NCBI GenBank assembly: GCA_039621445.1
Contig: CP154954.1
Coordinates: 10,559,521-10,623,520, forward strand
DNA from: Euglena gracilis
Taxonomy: Eukaryota
Length of the DNA stretch: 64,000 bases
Reading direction: 5' to 3'
Shown here one piece after another: positions 36,175 to 63,815 of this stretch. The stretch's first letter is position 1, and each line of letters opens with the position of its first letter. The notes under the pieces are model-generated. The model saw only the letters and a list, made by a program, of their open reading frames with translations, made no database searches and was not told the origin of the DNA. The translations under genes were made by a program, and so were the position numbers.

Positions 36175-38157
36175 AACCCAAACCACAACCCACTCGAGGT
36201 CCAAAGTGCCAAATGCTGTCGATGCCAAAATTCCCAAATTAACAAATTGTTTTGGGTTTAATCAGCAGCCCCATCCGGCACCGGGAAGACACGATACTCC
36301 ATCATTTGCTGAAACTGCTGGCTGTCATTTTTGACCCATTACCAGAAAACATCCACTTTAAAAGACCAAGGGTGTAGACTATTCGGGATCCGCACTGCGA
36401 GATGGTGAGGTCCTGCTTTCCTTGCCGGCTGTTCTGTTCTGGTGTGTTTGTGTGTGCGCGGGGGGTGCTTCCTACTGCTTTTTGTTGCCGGAGTTGGCTG
36501 ATTCCTAATTCTGCCCTTAGACCTCAAGGAGAAAGACTTTCAACTATACGAGTGCTGTCAATACAAAAGACAGAATACTTTCAAAAATCAAGCACGTGTT
36601 CAACGGACTTCAATGAAAGATGTGGTAGGAAAAATATCAGGCTGTCAAGAGGAAGTGGGAGCACGAGGAAGTTCAAGACAGACAGCTGAAGCTGGAAAAC
36701 GCCGAGGAGCTGCAAGCGCTGGAGAACATGATGGAGCAGGACCAAAATGTCCGTCTGTGGCCGTCGCAACCCTTCCACCCCCCCAGTTCATCAGAAAATT
36801 CCCGTGTTCAACAAAACTTTTGTGACGGCCATGGACCCGGGACAATTGTGGCCAGAGCAAAGCGACGGAGAAACCATCACGGGCAAGGCTCATCCGGTCA
36901 TGGGGACCCATCACAGTCATCCCTCAAGGAAACATTGCCAGGAGATGGAAGGTCTGTCAGACTTCCCATCGCTTTTCTCATCCCCACCCCTATGGCAGGG
37001 GAAATATGACAAATTCAAAGAGTTCAAGTCAGGAATGTGGAGACCCTCCTCAAAATGGCCATGGAGATCTATCTTCAGGGCCCTGGGCCCAACTCCAAGG
37101 CTATGGCAGCCATCTTCAAAAGGGCATGGTGCCCATTTTCAAGGACACAGAATCCAGATTCCCAGCAGGGGACCCCAGAGGGGAACGGTATGTCAAACTG
37201 TCCCCCCAGCACCCTCAAAATCAATCCCCCCAGGTGAAACAAGCCAAAGCCAAGACAGGTGGCATCAAATCACTCAGGGAAATTCAGCCAGGGTGGCTCA
37301 TCTGTGGAACCAAGAGGGACAAAGAAGACACAAGAAAAGTCCTGGAGAGAAGGTCAATGGAGGCAAAGAAGGCCAGATGGCCCTGAAGGCCAATGGAGGC
37401 CACTACAATCAAGATCACCATATCAGCCCTTGGGGGGGAGGCCCAAGATTGGCTACAACAGGGCCCCCCCAGAAGGTAATCAGCCCTCACCCCCCAGCCA
37501 TATACCTCCCTATGTACCTCCCCATATATGTACCCCACTGCAGACACAGACCATCCCCCATCTTTCAAAAACAGGGGGAAAGCCTGTCTTTGAGCAGCCC
37601 TATGGCAGGGCCAGAGGTGACCCCAGTGTTGGGGCAACCAGGGGAAAGCACCCCAGTGATGGGGCCTGTGGAATCCCCAGACACATTACACCCAGGGGTG
37701 CGTGCCCCCTTACAGGGCCCTGCAGGCCAGCATTCCCCACTGGATCAAGGCAGGAGCCAGCAGAGAGGTATTAAACCTGATAAGGGAAGGGGTTATGTAG
37801 GATCTTCCCCTCCCCCCTCAGACGTCCTTATACGTTCCTTTCAAAAGCACCCAAGAAATAATGACTGGCCACAAAATTCTGAGAGATTACGAATGTGCAG
37901 GGCTAACTAGGCAAATCCCCCCAGAGGAGGCAAAACACTTTGTCCTTCATTTCATCATTTCCAAAAAAGAAGGGGAAAAGACAAAGGAAAGACTAATTTC
38001 GGATTGTCGACAGGTAAATCTCCATTTCACCCCCAGAAGTTCAGACTGGAACACAATGGAATCATCTTCCCATATTTAAGGAAACGTTGGTTCTGTGGAA
38101 AAATCGATCTGAGAGATGCTTATTTTCACCTAAAGCTGCACAGAAGCCTGGAAAAAC

Positions 38158-39513
38158 ATGTTTGCATGCAAGTGGGGGAGGAATTTGGCAGTTTCAGGAT
38201 GCATACTTTGGCATCAACAGCCTGCCACAAAAATTCATGACTCTCATGAGATTCTGGGAAAGAAGATGGAGAAGGAGGGAAAAGTGGTTTTCATCTACCT
38301 GGACGACATTTTGCTGTTAGCCCCCAGCAAAAAGAAAAAGGCAGCAGCCCAGCATTTGGCAGAAATAAAACAGGCCCTGTTACTGGCAGGTTTCAGATTA
38401 AACCTCCCCAAATTCTGTCTGGAACCAACACAGGAAATAAAGCATTTGGGCCAGTGGATCAACTTGAAAAAAGTCCAACTGGAAATTCCTCAGGAAAAAT
38501 TAAAATCCTTAAGAAAGGAGCTAGGTAAGGTGCTCACAGCACAAAAAATGAGCTGCAGAAAACTCAGCTCTATTGTGGGGCAAGTCAGAAGCTATTTAGT
38601 CTCCATGCCATTTCTCAGAATTCTGACAGATCAACTTTGCAAAATGGTGGATTTACACACCAAGTGGGGTTGGGACCACACCTTGACCATTCCCCAGGGG
38701 GTCAAAGATCAAATTCTGGAGTTAAAAACATTTTTACAGCCAGGGGTCGGCAGGTCATTTCAATCCCAAGCTTCTCAGGAACTCTTTTCAGACAGCAGCA
38801 CCTGGCAATGGGGGGGGGGGGGGCTGGACAAAGATTCAGGCCAAAAGGTGCAGGATTTTTGGAGGGACCTGCATGTCCTTCGTATCAACCAAAAAGAGTT
38901 GCAGGCTGCAGTGGAAACTGTAAAAGCACTAGCCAAACCACAGCAAACAATTGTGCTTCATGTCGACAGTCAGGTGGCTGTGAGTTATTTAACAAAGTGG
39001 GGCAAAAAGCCCTACCTAAATTCTGTCTTAAAACCCCTGCTGTATCATTTCCAAGAGAAGCAAATCAATTTGCAGGTGGTTTGGGTTCCCAAAAAGGAGC
39101 AACTGGCAGACTCCCTGACCAGGGAGCAAAAGGACCCATGGGATTATACCCTAAACCTTAACATCTTTCACAAAATTCTTCAATTTTTCAGAAAGGACAT
39201 AACCCCAGAGGTGGACACATGTACATGGATGTTTTGCACACCCATCAACAAAAAAATCCCCAAGTTTGTTTGTCGATACTTCCACCCAGGGGCTTTGCTG
39301 GTGGACGCCTTAAGGGCAGACTTGAGGGACCTCCCCCCAGTTTATGCAAACCCCCCCTGGAGCATCATTCCCCAGTGGATTCAGCGATTAATGGTAAACC
39401 CAGACCTGCATTGTCTGTTGATCGTACCCCACTGGGCTTCGACATCCTGGTGGCGCCAATTAATGTCAATCAGGCAGCCAGGCAGCAAAGTTTTACTGGT
39501 ACCCCCCCAGTAG
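38158..39513 (+). pseudogene. Longest open part of element B pol (RT C-half, RNase H, MT)
   Basis: 451-aa ORF with VFIYLDDILL, FSDSSTWQWGG, INQKELQAA, HVDSQVA, LADSLTR, VYANPPW; upstream RT is frameshifted. Confidence 0.93.
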
Positions 39514-39584
39514 GGTCTGTTCACCAACTGCTGGGGGGAGGACATGCCCCCCAAGGTGTAATTTGGCCTGCTTGATTGTGTCAG

Positions 39585-40560
39585 GCAAATATTACAATCC
39601 CAGAAAGTTTCGATGTCCATTATCGACACTTACAGAAAAAATCTGGGAAATGTCAAAAGATATGACTCAGCCTTCAGGACATTGGTGGGCCAATTGTTGC
39701 ACAAAGTGGTGCCCCTGCAGGACTGCACAGTCCACAGGATGGCTCAGGCCATCCTTGATCTTGCTGTTCACAGCCTCAACACTGCACGAAATGCATATGC
39801 AGCAGCTTTATTACTCCCAGGGTTTGGTTCATTGAGGTTTTCCCCTCTTTTGGATCCTTTGAAAAGGAAATAGATTTCCAATGTCTGCAAGTATGCCCAT
39901 TTTTGGGACCCCGCTTATTTCCCAGAAAACATCATCAGGAAATCAAATCCCCTCTCAGACCTATCTTTGAAAGAGCTCAGAAACAGACTCATCATCTGTT
40001 GGAGGCTTTTGGCCCTCCACAGGGGGGTTGATCTAGCCGGAACACAGCGAAAAATCAGTTTCGTGGGAGAAAAAAATTTCATTTTATTGCAAAGGAAGGG
40101 GTGGCAATTCCCAAGATGGGAGGAAATTTTGAATTTGCCACACACACCCCTCATAAGCCCCTGGCATTTATTGAAAGAGTATGTGGAAAGTACAGCCCAC
40201 AAGGTTGGGCACAAAAATAATTTGTTATGGTCTTTGGATGGTAAAAGACCTTTGACTTCAGAAAGAGTGAATTTTTTATTTTTATATTTTATTCCCTTAC
40301 CAAAGCAATTCTGCAAGAGGGGGAGGTGGACACCACCCACTGGAAACCCCACAGCACCAGAGGGGCTGGGGTTTCATGGTGGAAAAATGCGGGGTAGCAA
40401 GTGGAAGAAGTCCAGCAGCTGGGTCAGTGGAAAATTTTTGGGCCCTTCCAAGCTCATTATTTTTGAGGCTGGGAGTTGTATCAAAGATTCAAAATATTAT
40501 GGCCCAAAGGGGGGCGTACAGTACCTCACCATCTCGCAGTGCGGAGCCCGAATGGTCTCG
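39585..40560 (+). pseudogene. Tyrosine recombinase of element B, copy 2
   Basis: ORFs 39613..39873 and 39967..; LALHRGVDL, HSTRGAG; TAG stop at 39871 and frameshifts. Confidence 0.88.
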
Positions 40561-43500
40561 GACTCCCACGACACAGGAAGGGGGAGGAAGGCACCAAGAG
40601 GGCGAAGCACAAGAAGATGGTGAGCCCAACCCCCCCACCAAAAAAATCAGCAGAAAACGGAAAACATCCCAACCAGAAAGCGGGCCCCCAACCAAGCAGC
40701 CCCGACCACCCACCCAGAAACACACCGGAAAGAGACAGCCTCCCCCGTCGAGGGGGGGGGGGCACCAAGCAACCAGGTGACAGGGGGGGGGGGGGGCGGG
40801 ACCACAACGGTTCAGCTTCGCCATGGTGTCGGAGGAGGCCTCATCATCGCCAACTCCGGCAACAAAGGCGCAGTAAGAAGCACCCCCCGCGCACACACAA
40901 ACACACCAGAACAGAACAGCCGGCAAGGAAAGCAGGGCCTCACCATCTTCTTGTGCTTCGCCCTCTTGGTCCCTTCCTCCCCCTTCCTGTGTCGTGGGAA
41001 TCCGATTTCGACGTGTGACGGGCCGCGTTCCGGGTCCAAACGTTGTTTCAGTGCCGGACTGAGTCGTGCCGATGCAGGAGTTTTTGAGGACGGGGAGGGG
41101 GGCCCCCCATCCACCCCTACCTGTTTCAAAAATTGCGGTGCATTCGGAGCCGAAAAGTAAAGCTCACCTCCCTCCGGGGAGATGGCCCATCCCCCCCCCC
41201 CGGGGGGTCCATGGCTAAAAAAAATCCATGGGCGGGTGGCCCTTCTGTCCGTAAGTTTCTTCTGAAAATTTTGGAGCTCGGATCATGGACGATTTTCCAG
41301 CGAGAAATACCAGCTTTTAGAAATATTGGGCTGCTGTCAAAATTTTATGTTTTCCTTTGGATAAACGCGTCCTAAGCCCACTACTGGCCAGGTGGCTGAC
41401 GCTTTGATAAAATTAATTCCGCATTCCGAAGCGAAGGCCCGCAACGCATGACCAGAATGTTTGTTCGTTGGCTTGGTGGCCGTCGTTTCCCATTTCACTA
41501 CCCATAAAAGAGGCTTTGGATCCAAATTTTGGAGAAATCTGGGGCATTTTGGAATTCACTCCCGATTTTCGGGGCAAGGCGCCTATTCCCACTTGCACCA
41601 GGCTCCTTTTCACCAACCCCCCCCTCCCCACGGGAGGGATGACTTGTGCTACGGGGTGCTCCCCATAGCAGGCAACCCCCCGGGTTTCATGCGGTAAGCG
41701 AAAGGGAATGTCTGCTTTAAATATGTTTTCTTGCCAACTTCCTCATTCATGGAGAGGGAAATTGATTAATTTGGTTTTAAAAAGGATATGGGACTCCCCA
41801 TCTGCTTCTCCAATCACTACCCATCTCGATTTTTCAACTCAGAATGTTGTGCAAAGCAGGGTTGAATGCTTTTCAAGGCAAGAAGGCAAGCCACATGCAC
41901 AAAAAGGAAAGGACGCTGGCCATAGCTGAGACCGATGTGAAGGGGGGAAGTGGACAGGAGCAGGGGGAAATGTTACAAGAAACCAGGCCGAGGATGACAA
42001 GGAGTGGAGGCCAGACAGGCAGACAGGAGGGGTGGGGGGAAGACGGGGCATAAGCCAGACTGAGCACCCAACATTACATCCAACCTTAATCCTATCTCTA
42101 ACCTGACCAGGCAGTTTTTGGCACCCCTGGCGCCCCCATGGAGTGCCCGCCATGACAGACACATCACGCCCCTCGGCTCGTCCTGAGTCCAGCTTGGGGC
42201 GACTCAAGTAATGACCCCAAAAAATGGCCATTCTCATGCTCTTGGCACCTTGACAAGGGGGGGTGTTCCATAAATACAACATACACCAAACCACGCTTCC
42301 CTGGAGGATGAATGCCCACTAGCATGCCCACAGCATCTGGCCTCACACAAGGGTACCGCATTCCTGTTTCTCGCAAGAATTCCAGGCTAATTCCAAGAAT
42401 AAAGAATTATAATCAATACAAACCTGACAATTAACAAAATCTCAAATCCTGTTCGGAACCAGGCAGGTTTTGAAGGAAAGCAAGATTCCCAAGAAACTCA
42501 ATGAAAAGAAATTCAACCAGACAGCAGAAAAGTTTTGTAAGAAAGGGTGTGTGCATAGACAAGGGGGAATGCCCAACTGGAAAAAAATACGGCTTTCCAC
42601 GTCAAGGGAGAATTTCTCTAGGTCTTTCCTTAGACTTGCAGGTATTTAAATAGAAAAAATGAGCAATATCTCACCGAACAAGCCTCGAAAGTCTTCAAAA
42701 TAGCGAAATTTTCGAGAAAAGGCAAAAGGAAAATGTTTCACAGAAGCTGACCCCTAAAAAAATGACCCCGAAATTCCATAACCTTGACCACCACCATTTG
42801 GGTGGTTGGGGGTCCGTGGACACCCTCCGTATTCCATATACCGAATCTGCCTGCCTCAAACTGGAATATCCAGATGAGAAAACCCATATGATCCACTCCC
42901 TTGCCCTCACCCGGGTTTATGCCCAGTCCAGGGGGACAGAAATCACGCTGGGAGGGCATCAAGCGAACGTACGGTGATGTGGCGGTTGGGGGGGGGGGGA
43001 GCGATGGGCTCACATGGATGGGCAGGCTTCCAAGGGAAGGAGCTGGTCCCATACTGTGCCAGGTCAGACCCAGCCCTCGCCTGTGCGCACAATAATCATT
43101 GTTGGTTGCTGACATTTCTGAAGTCCACAACCGCCCCCCTGAGGGCTTTTGCAAAAGTGGAGAACTGGGTGGTGGCATTGTTTGGCGGCCTTCCAGAGGA
43201 GGGGGGGGGAGAGATTGGGGAAACGCCCACTTCTCAACTCCGTTTAAAAAATACGGACCATGGATGGACCGTGTCGACACATAGCAGCCAGGCCCCTGTC
43301 GCTCATTTCGGGGAAGTTCCTCAGACAGGACCTGAAAACCCTAAGGCACGACAATTCCCTCGGTATGCTTAAGGTCCCCAAGGGTCTGCCAGGCATTTTG
43401 CTGGACAGGAAAAAAAGCCACTGACGAGACGCAGCCTCCCCCTTGTCCTGGAGTCCCTCCAACAGGATAAAAATCTATGAATGAGATTCTTTGGCAGATT

Positions 43501-44449
43501 CTTTTCCCGGAAAATCCCCCCCCAAAATGTCAAAAAAAATGGGCATCTTTGGCAGGTCAAAAAGTTTTCTGGCACTTTGCATCGGTGAGCGGGAAAATTG
43601 GCTGGTCCTTCTAGCATACCCCCTGGGGGGTCCACTACGATTCCCACAAGCCAAATTTGAATTAGCTGCAGTCGACTGGGGGGGTGGGGGGGAGGCTGGT
43701 TGGGTCACAGTGGCGGAGGTAGCACTGGTTCAGCCCACTGGGGAAGTGGTGGGAGGATCGTGGACAGGACTCACAGGTTACGCGGTACAGGGGCGGCAGG
43801 GGTGGGTGAGAGCGGCTGCGCATTACCAAGGGATTTCTCAAGAAGGGAAATAATCCAGCTGGCTGGGTAAAAAAGTGCCGGCTGGACTCCCGCCACGGTC
43901 CAGAGGTGGTTTGGCGTTAGTTTGGACGCAAAACGTTGTGGGAAAAGCCCGAATCCAGTTAGGTTGTGGATCATCAAACAAAAAAATGTGATATGGCTAA
44001 TGTACCCCTGTGTCCATATCCCGGAAATTACTAACCACCCCCTGGTGGGGTAGGGATCCCCTCTGGCTGAAAAAAATCCCTTGCACATTACAAATGGACA
44101 CAACCATAAAACTCGGCGGGCCAAGGAACCCACAGACAGGGTTGCTGGGTGAGCAGTGCAAAGCTAAAACAGCACATGGAACACCCCCAATCGAGCCGCG
44201 CTCAAAACACAAAAACACACAACTGGATCAGGGAAAAACACACACACGCACGCACGCACGCACGCACACATTCAAATACACATACACACAACACACGCAT
44301 ACGTGAATACACACATGGACACATGCAGACACACACTCACGGCGCACATAAATACACACACTGGCACCCATCCACCCAAACACACTCACAATTTCGGATG
44401 CACACAAGAGCACATACACAACACAAGAAAAACAAATTCAGTGTGCAGA

Positions 44450-57940
<13,491 letters not shown>

Positions 57941-58348
57941 TGCCAACAACCACAGAGAAGCAATGAACTTATGGCCACATAAAAACGAAGGCCATTTCAT
58001 TGGTGTTGAAATTCTTTCATATTTGACCGGGGGGGTCCCGGAGTATCCACTCACTTTTCCCCCAAAATGGCCAGAAAATTGCGAAAATGCTAAAAATAGC
58101 ACCTTTTCAAAAAATTCGGCACCTTTGGTGCGAAAAGTATATCCCCCCTGGGGGGGGGGGGCAGGGGGGTCCAAGACTAAAAAAAACTCCTGTTGGTGCG
58201 CTTGCACCCTCCCCCTCCACTCCTTACTGCCTTTCTTGCGCCCCGCATCGTCACTGCCCCTGGAATGATGGGCACATTTGTCGTTGATGACAGCCCTCCT
58301 CCGGCCCCACATCGTCCATGCCAACCCACATGGCACTGATCAACGCAC

Positions 58349-58487
58349 GCCGTTCGTTGGACCGCCAGGGCCGGGGCAGCGATGGGCGGAGGTGGGCGTG
58401 CGGGAGGAGAAGAAGTGGATCAGCCGGTGGTGCTTGTGGAACACCTGGAAGTAGCGGCTGTCGAAGGGGTACGCCCCCGCGGTTCGC
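58349..58487 (-). CDS. Putative host-gene exon, phase-compatible with the 61265 exon
   Basis: CACAG|G CGA ACC...: (W)RTAGAYPFDSRYFQVFHKHHRLIHFFSSRTPTSAHRCPGPGGPTNG|GTGCGT; strong C/G third-position bias. Confidence 0.6.
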
Positions 58488-59927
58488 CTGTGGCTGACAT
58501 CAGGGGAGCCACCCCCCCCCCCCTCGCACCCCTGTCATGTGTGACTGGGCTGACTGAGGAAACGGACTGAGACTAGGGAGGGGGGGGGGAGCAGCTTGAA
58601 ACAAAATGGGCTTGCTGGAAAATGACCACTGCCTGTCCCCCCCCATCTTTTGGTTTGGTTTACGCTCTGTTACATACAAAAGCATTTCTCTCCAGACGCC
58701 CTTTCACAGCATCAGAAATCGCTCGACCGAAAAAAGGCTGCACCTCCCAGCTGGGGGTTTCCTGAGACACAAATGACCCCCACAACTCCCACATTTGGCC
58801 AAACATATTGTAGCCTTCTTTCCAGATTAATGCTCTGTTGGGTGTGAGTTTCGTTTTTATTACGCTTGCCCTCCTCCGGAAATTGTCACCTGACAATTCA
58901 ATTAGTGAACACCTGTATGACAACTCTCGGGGCTGGCCTGGTTGGGTTTCCTGGTTTCCCAAAAGGACAAGTCAGAGGTGCAGTCAGGCAACTCACCAGG
59001 GAACAAACCTCCCTGGCAGGCCAGCCACTTCCGGGATCGTTGTAAATTCCTGTGATGACAGACATCCCTGCCCCATGCGAGGATAATAACTTGTTAAACC
59101 CGTTGGAGCCATTGGGTTCTGTGCCGCATAAATATTAATCCATGTCAACTATCGGAAAACTTTAGAATTATGCATCGAACGTAACTCTTAAGATGTCGGC
59201 CGTGCTGTTTGGGGTGTGTTGACATTTCCTCGACTCTCCCTCTCCAAAAAAAAACCACATACTGCAGACGGCTGTGTCGCGAAATATTTAGGGGATTGAA
59301 GGGGAAGAAAAAATGGTGTTGTTGCTAGGGATCTGGCAATGAGACTGAGAAATTATCAAAGCTTGATCCCCCTCACCCAAAAAGTCCTCACGGGTGCATG
59401 CTGTCCACTGCAGTCCTGCAGAAAACCACATTGCTGTTATCAGTTGCTTTCAAAGCAATCAAAGAAAATATCGAAAACATTGGACATGCAAGCGGCAGGG
59501 TATAAAATTTTGGTTCTGGGGTTCTCTGGAAGCCCAAATCTCCACGTATCACGGCTCCAAAGGGGGGTCAGGACCCGGCGGGTCAGACCTCCCTCCCACA
59601 TTGCAAACAAACGCTCACCTCGTACCCTACCCCCAGTCTGTGAGAAGACAAACCGCGATCACAAGGGAGGGTTGGATAGACACCTCATTGATTGGGACAG
59701 AGAGGCGCTGGCAGCCTTTGGTACTGTGCAATGGTAACGTTTGCAATTTACGTTGTGATGTAACGATGCAATTTTGCAATTCATGTTCTTCGGAATTGCT
59801 GAAGTATATCTTGCTCGAGGGCACTTATGTTGAACATCAAGAATGGAGCAAAACATCTATAAAAAAAAGACTCTTTCTCTATTGTTATCATGTCAAATAT
59901 CGGATAAACTGCAGGTATAATTCTGAG

Positions 59928-60331
59928 CAGGGGTTTCTTGAACACTCAGGGGGGGGGGTCCCACCGGCCAGGTGGGAAAAAAGGGTGCTGGCTGGAACCC
60001 TGGGGGGGGGGGGTTCAGCCGGCTGGCGGCTGGACCTGGCTGGTGCCCCGAAAAGGCAGAAGAGTCAAAAACCAGCCAGTTTGGCATTTTTCAGCCAAAA
60101 TATGGAAGTAACCCCCCCAAAAAATCAAAAATGCCATTCATTTTTTGCCACCTTTTACAAGAATTTTCGGTCCAGCCTGGCTTCGCTGGGCTGACCCAAA
60201 CTTTGTTTCAGCGGACCCCCGGGCAGGGGCGGTGTCCTGCAGCCCGGCTTGGAGCTGTGGGCTGGGAAAAACGTGCTGGCTGGCTAGACCTCCCCCCCCG
60301 GTGGGTAAGGTCCCTGCTGAATAAAACCCTG
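59928..60331. mobile_element. hAT-type MITE (second family)
   Basis: Termini CAGGGGTTTCTT / AATAAAACCCTG; flanks ATTCTGAG and AGTCTGAG (7/8 match); internal CCAGCC/GGCTGG repeats. Confidence 0.7.
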
Positions 60332-60580
60332 AGTCTGAGCAAGGCACAAGGCACCTCCCTAACAAAAAAAATCTCCCCATTTACAACCTCTGAGAATAAA
60401 ATTTTTATTTCAAACCCTTCATCCTGGGTGCTTCCATTTGGCATCCAAAAAAAAGGTAAAATCCCCCTCTATGGAAATTCAAACAGGGGCACAACCCATC
60501 CCAGTGAACAGAAAGATTTCTGGGGAAAAAAACATCATTTCAGATTTTATCATTATTTATCATTTTGTGCATTTCTGGTA

Positions 60581-61052
60581 CCCGCCCCCCCCCCGGGCAA
60601 TTGTCGCGTAACAAATCGGGCAGCAAGAGAACAAAATCGGGCAGTCACGGAGGTAGGGGTGCACAATTTCCAACCTGGTGGCAATTTGGCCGGCACAGAG
60701 GGGGGCGTCAATTGCCCACCCATGTAGGCCACGTTAAATCCAAATGGCCAAGAACACCATCTGAAACACCAGTGAACAGGCAAAAATGCAGCTATGGTTG
60801 TGATATTGTGCAGAGCATTTGGTATGTGACATTTCTCAGCACGTTGTAGCGAAATAGAGGATCAATTGAGTCGTGTCGGTGAAAAGAAAGTCCACAAACA
60901 TCTTCTGTGGGGGGAGGTGACAAATCGGGCAGCATGGAGGGGGGTGACAATTTCCCGGGGGGATAAATTGGCCGGCACAGCCAGGGGTGAAAATTGCCCG
61001 GGGGTGTCAATTGCCCGGGGGCGTCAATTGCCCGGGGGGGGGGGGGGGGGAA
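60581..61052. mobile_element. MITE-like element
   Basis: TIR CCCCCCCGGGCAATTG / CAATTGCCCGGGGGGG, subterminal repeats of CAATTGCCCGGGG, TA near both ends. Confidence 0.7.
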
Positions 61053-61264
61053 TAAATTTGCCTTGACCCACATAAAAAAAAGGCGCCAAACTGGAATTTA
61101 GCAAAAAAACAAAGTAATTGCATTGAAAAATGCCTTTTAAACTGAACTACAAATCCCTCATCAAATTCCCTTGAAGGTTCAAAAACCCTGAGGCACAAAT
61201 AAACACCAAAAGGGGTCAAAAATTCTCAAATTCTGCGCACGGGAGGGGTCCGACACAATAACAC

Positions 61265-61500
61265 CAAGAGGCCGGGCTCTGCCCGTCGGACTTTACCAGC
61301 TCCAGGCGCGTGGGCGTCACCGTGGCGCACGCGACCTCATTCCGGCCCGGGTGCCCCACGTCCTTGATGACGACCATCGTCTCCTCAAACAGCACCGGCT
61401 CTGGCTGCGTCTGCACCGGCGCCGGCCGGGGGGGAGGGCCCCGGGGGGCGGCGGGTACAGGGCCGCGCCGGACCGAGTCCCGCACCCGACCGTGTGGAGT
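61265..61500 (-). CDS. Putative host-gene exon (beta-rich, possibly PH/PTB-like); 5' boundary uncertain
   Basis: GC3-rich frame PEPVLFEETMVVIKDVGHPGRNEVACATVTPTRLELVKSDGQSPAS; ends TG|GTGTTA (phase-2 donor). Confidence 0.6.
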
Positions 61501-63402
61501 CGCGGAAACAAATCGCAAAAAAAAAATCGCAAAAAAATCGCGAAAAACCTACCATGATGCATAGTGCACAGTCTGCTGATCGCATTGCAGCTCGAAATCC
61601 GCCGACAATTAGGTACCGACCACCCCTCCCCCGGAAACTGTCACCTCACAGGTCGGTCAACACCGGCACCCTGATGGGTTTCTATGATGGCAAGGTTGGC
61701 CGGTGCCGACGACTCCGACAGTTTCCCGGGTGGGCCATCTCCAGGCAAACTCAATGGGATTCAACCCTGGCTGGCACCCGGAAGACTATCCTCCGCCCCT
61801 AAAAAGCCCTATGAGAGAGGAAACACAATTTTAATGAAAAAAATCAAAAAAATTGCTGAGTACAGTGGGAAAGTGCGCACCCCTGAAGCCAGAAGTTGTG
61901 AAGTTGGAGACATGTCGGCGAGTGCAAGTCCAGTTGACAATTTCCAGATTTCTGGGTTGGTGGAATAGACGATCGCAGAGTGGTGTTCCTGGGGAGGGCG
62001 CATGGCTCTGCCCCCCATAAAGCTGTCACCTGAGCACAAGCCTGGGTAACAACTTCCCAACATTGCAAATCAACGAGTCCGGGAATGGAAGGTGGTAACT
62101 TCAGGGGGGGGGGGGATGACAGCTTTTGGGGAACCTAGTTTCGACCCAAATAAAATCTTTTTTGATGATGGGACGTGTGTCTTGCATTTATTTGGAGGTG
62201 CATGTCAGGTTTTGGCAAAACACACACACACAAACACACGCGCGCACACACGCACGCACGCACGCACGCACGCACGTTGTATTCAGTCGAGCAGGCCGAA
62301 TTTACGCAAAAATGAATTAAAAAAAATCCTGATCCCCCGTGAGAGGCATCAAAAAACATTTTCGACGTTGTTACTCAGCAGGTGCGGCCCCAGGTGATAC
62401 CTTTCCAACATGGCAAGTCCGCCAGTACAGCCCAAGGGGCTTCCGGAACACGAAGGCGACTGGAAACCCCAAAGGGGGGCGGGGGCGTTCAATGCTTCGA
62501 GGAGCGACAGTTGTTGAAATTCATGTTCAAAAATGTATATATAAATATGAGTATATAATATAAAAAATATATATTTTCAAAAAAAATGTGTGTGTGCCAG
62601 AAGCGCCATGCCCCTGCTCGGGGGGGACAGCCACTGGGGGGCGCTGGCTTTCGACGGGGGCCACGGCGGCTCCGGCAAGCGACTGGGGTCGCTTGCCAGG
62701 CTCCGCGGGAGGTCGCGAGGTCGGCCCCGCGGGCTTCACGGGCAGGGGCGTCGGAAAGGTTTGAAGGGGTCAGCCCGACTGCACGTGTTGCCCATTCCAC
62801 GTGGGGAGTCCCACATCACATCATCCATTTACGGCAAACCCAAAGAATAACACCCCCGTTGGATTGAACTCAAGCTTGAATTCAGGCCCGATGGACCGAT
62901 AGACATTGTTAGTGTTCCACCCCATCCTTGCGCATCACTTGCTAATGTTGCCAGAATGTGGGGTGAACGCCGGAAACGGTGCCCCCCCCCAAATAACCCC
63001 CCCCCCCCGAGGCCCGACTTCGGTGGCCCATACAATACCCCCCCTCAGCAGTGCGTGAAGAAAAACCACCAAAAAGTATGGCAAGATCAAAAAAAAAAAA
63101 GACGAAATCTGGTCAGAAAAATGTTTCACAAAAATATTTGACCAAATATTGACTTTGAAACCAGTGCCCAAAATTCCAAACTCCCCCAAATAATACCTGT
63201 GGGAGGTCAGACCCCCCAGTTCAGTTCACACCCATATGCTTCCGACCCCGGTCAACCCTGGATGCCGGAGGGCCTGTGGGAGGCAGCTTGGGGGCCGGCG
63301 GGGCGACCGCGGCCACCGCTGGACGCCCACCATCCGTTTCCACAACTAGCCAGAGAACGATTGTGAATGCAGTTATTCATTTTATTCTTTCATTCATATA
63401 TA

Positions 63403-63690
63403 TGGCAGCCTCCAACTAAAGGGACCCCCCCAGGGGGGGGTCCCTATAATTGGATCAGGGGGTCAAAATAGTTTTTTTGTGTTAATGATGGAATAGGGTT
63501 AGGTGCGCGACTTAGGGTTAGGGTTAGGCCCAACTTATAGACGGGTGTTAGGTGTACAAGTTAGGCCTGAAGTTAGGCCAGAATAGCACACCTAACCCTA
63601 TTCCATCAATAACACAAAAAAAAATTGCCGCCCCCTGATCCAACTATAGGGACCCCCCCTGGGGGGGGTCCCTTTAGTTGGAGGCTGCCA
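63403..63690. mobile_element. Palindromic (foldback) MITE in TA-rich sequence with internal TTAGGG-like repeats
   Basis: About 100-bp TIRs starting TGGCAGCCTCCAACTAAAGGGACCC and ending GGGTCCCTTTAGTTGGAGGCTGCCA; flanked by TATA on both sides. Confidence 0.9.
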
Positions 63691-63815
63691 TATATCCATA
63701 TATCATATATCAATATATATATATATATATCACAATATATCTATATATACATATATATGTATATATATATGTCCATATATATGGATATATATATATATAT
63801 CCATATATATATATA

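Larger units (their letters stand above)
36377..41005 (+). mobile_element. DIRS1-like element B, copy 2
   Basis: Termini GACTATTCGGG and GTGGGAATCCGA; ICR about 40524-40624; right ITR about 40848-40948. Confidence 0.95.

Noticed and set aside
59339..60727. ORFs 59394..60194 and 59972..60727 as genes
   Set aside because: They run through MITE sequence, lack the GC3 bias of the exon-like islands and show no recognisable motif.
63495..63600. TTAGGG repeats as a true telomere
   Set aside because: Only a few units, lying inside a palindromic element with ordinary sequence on both sides.
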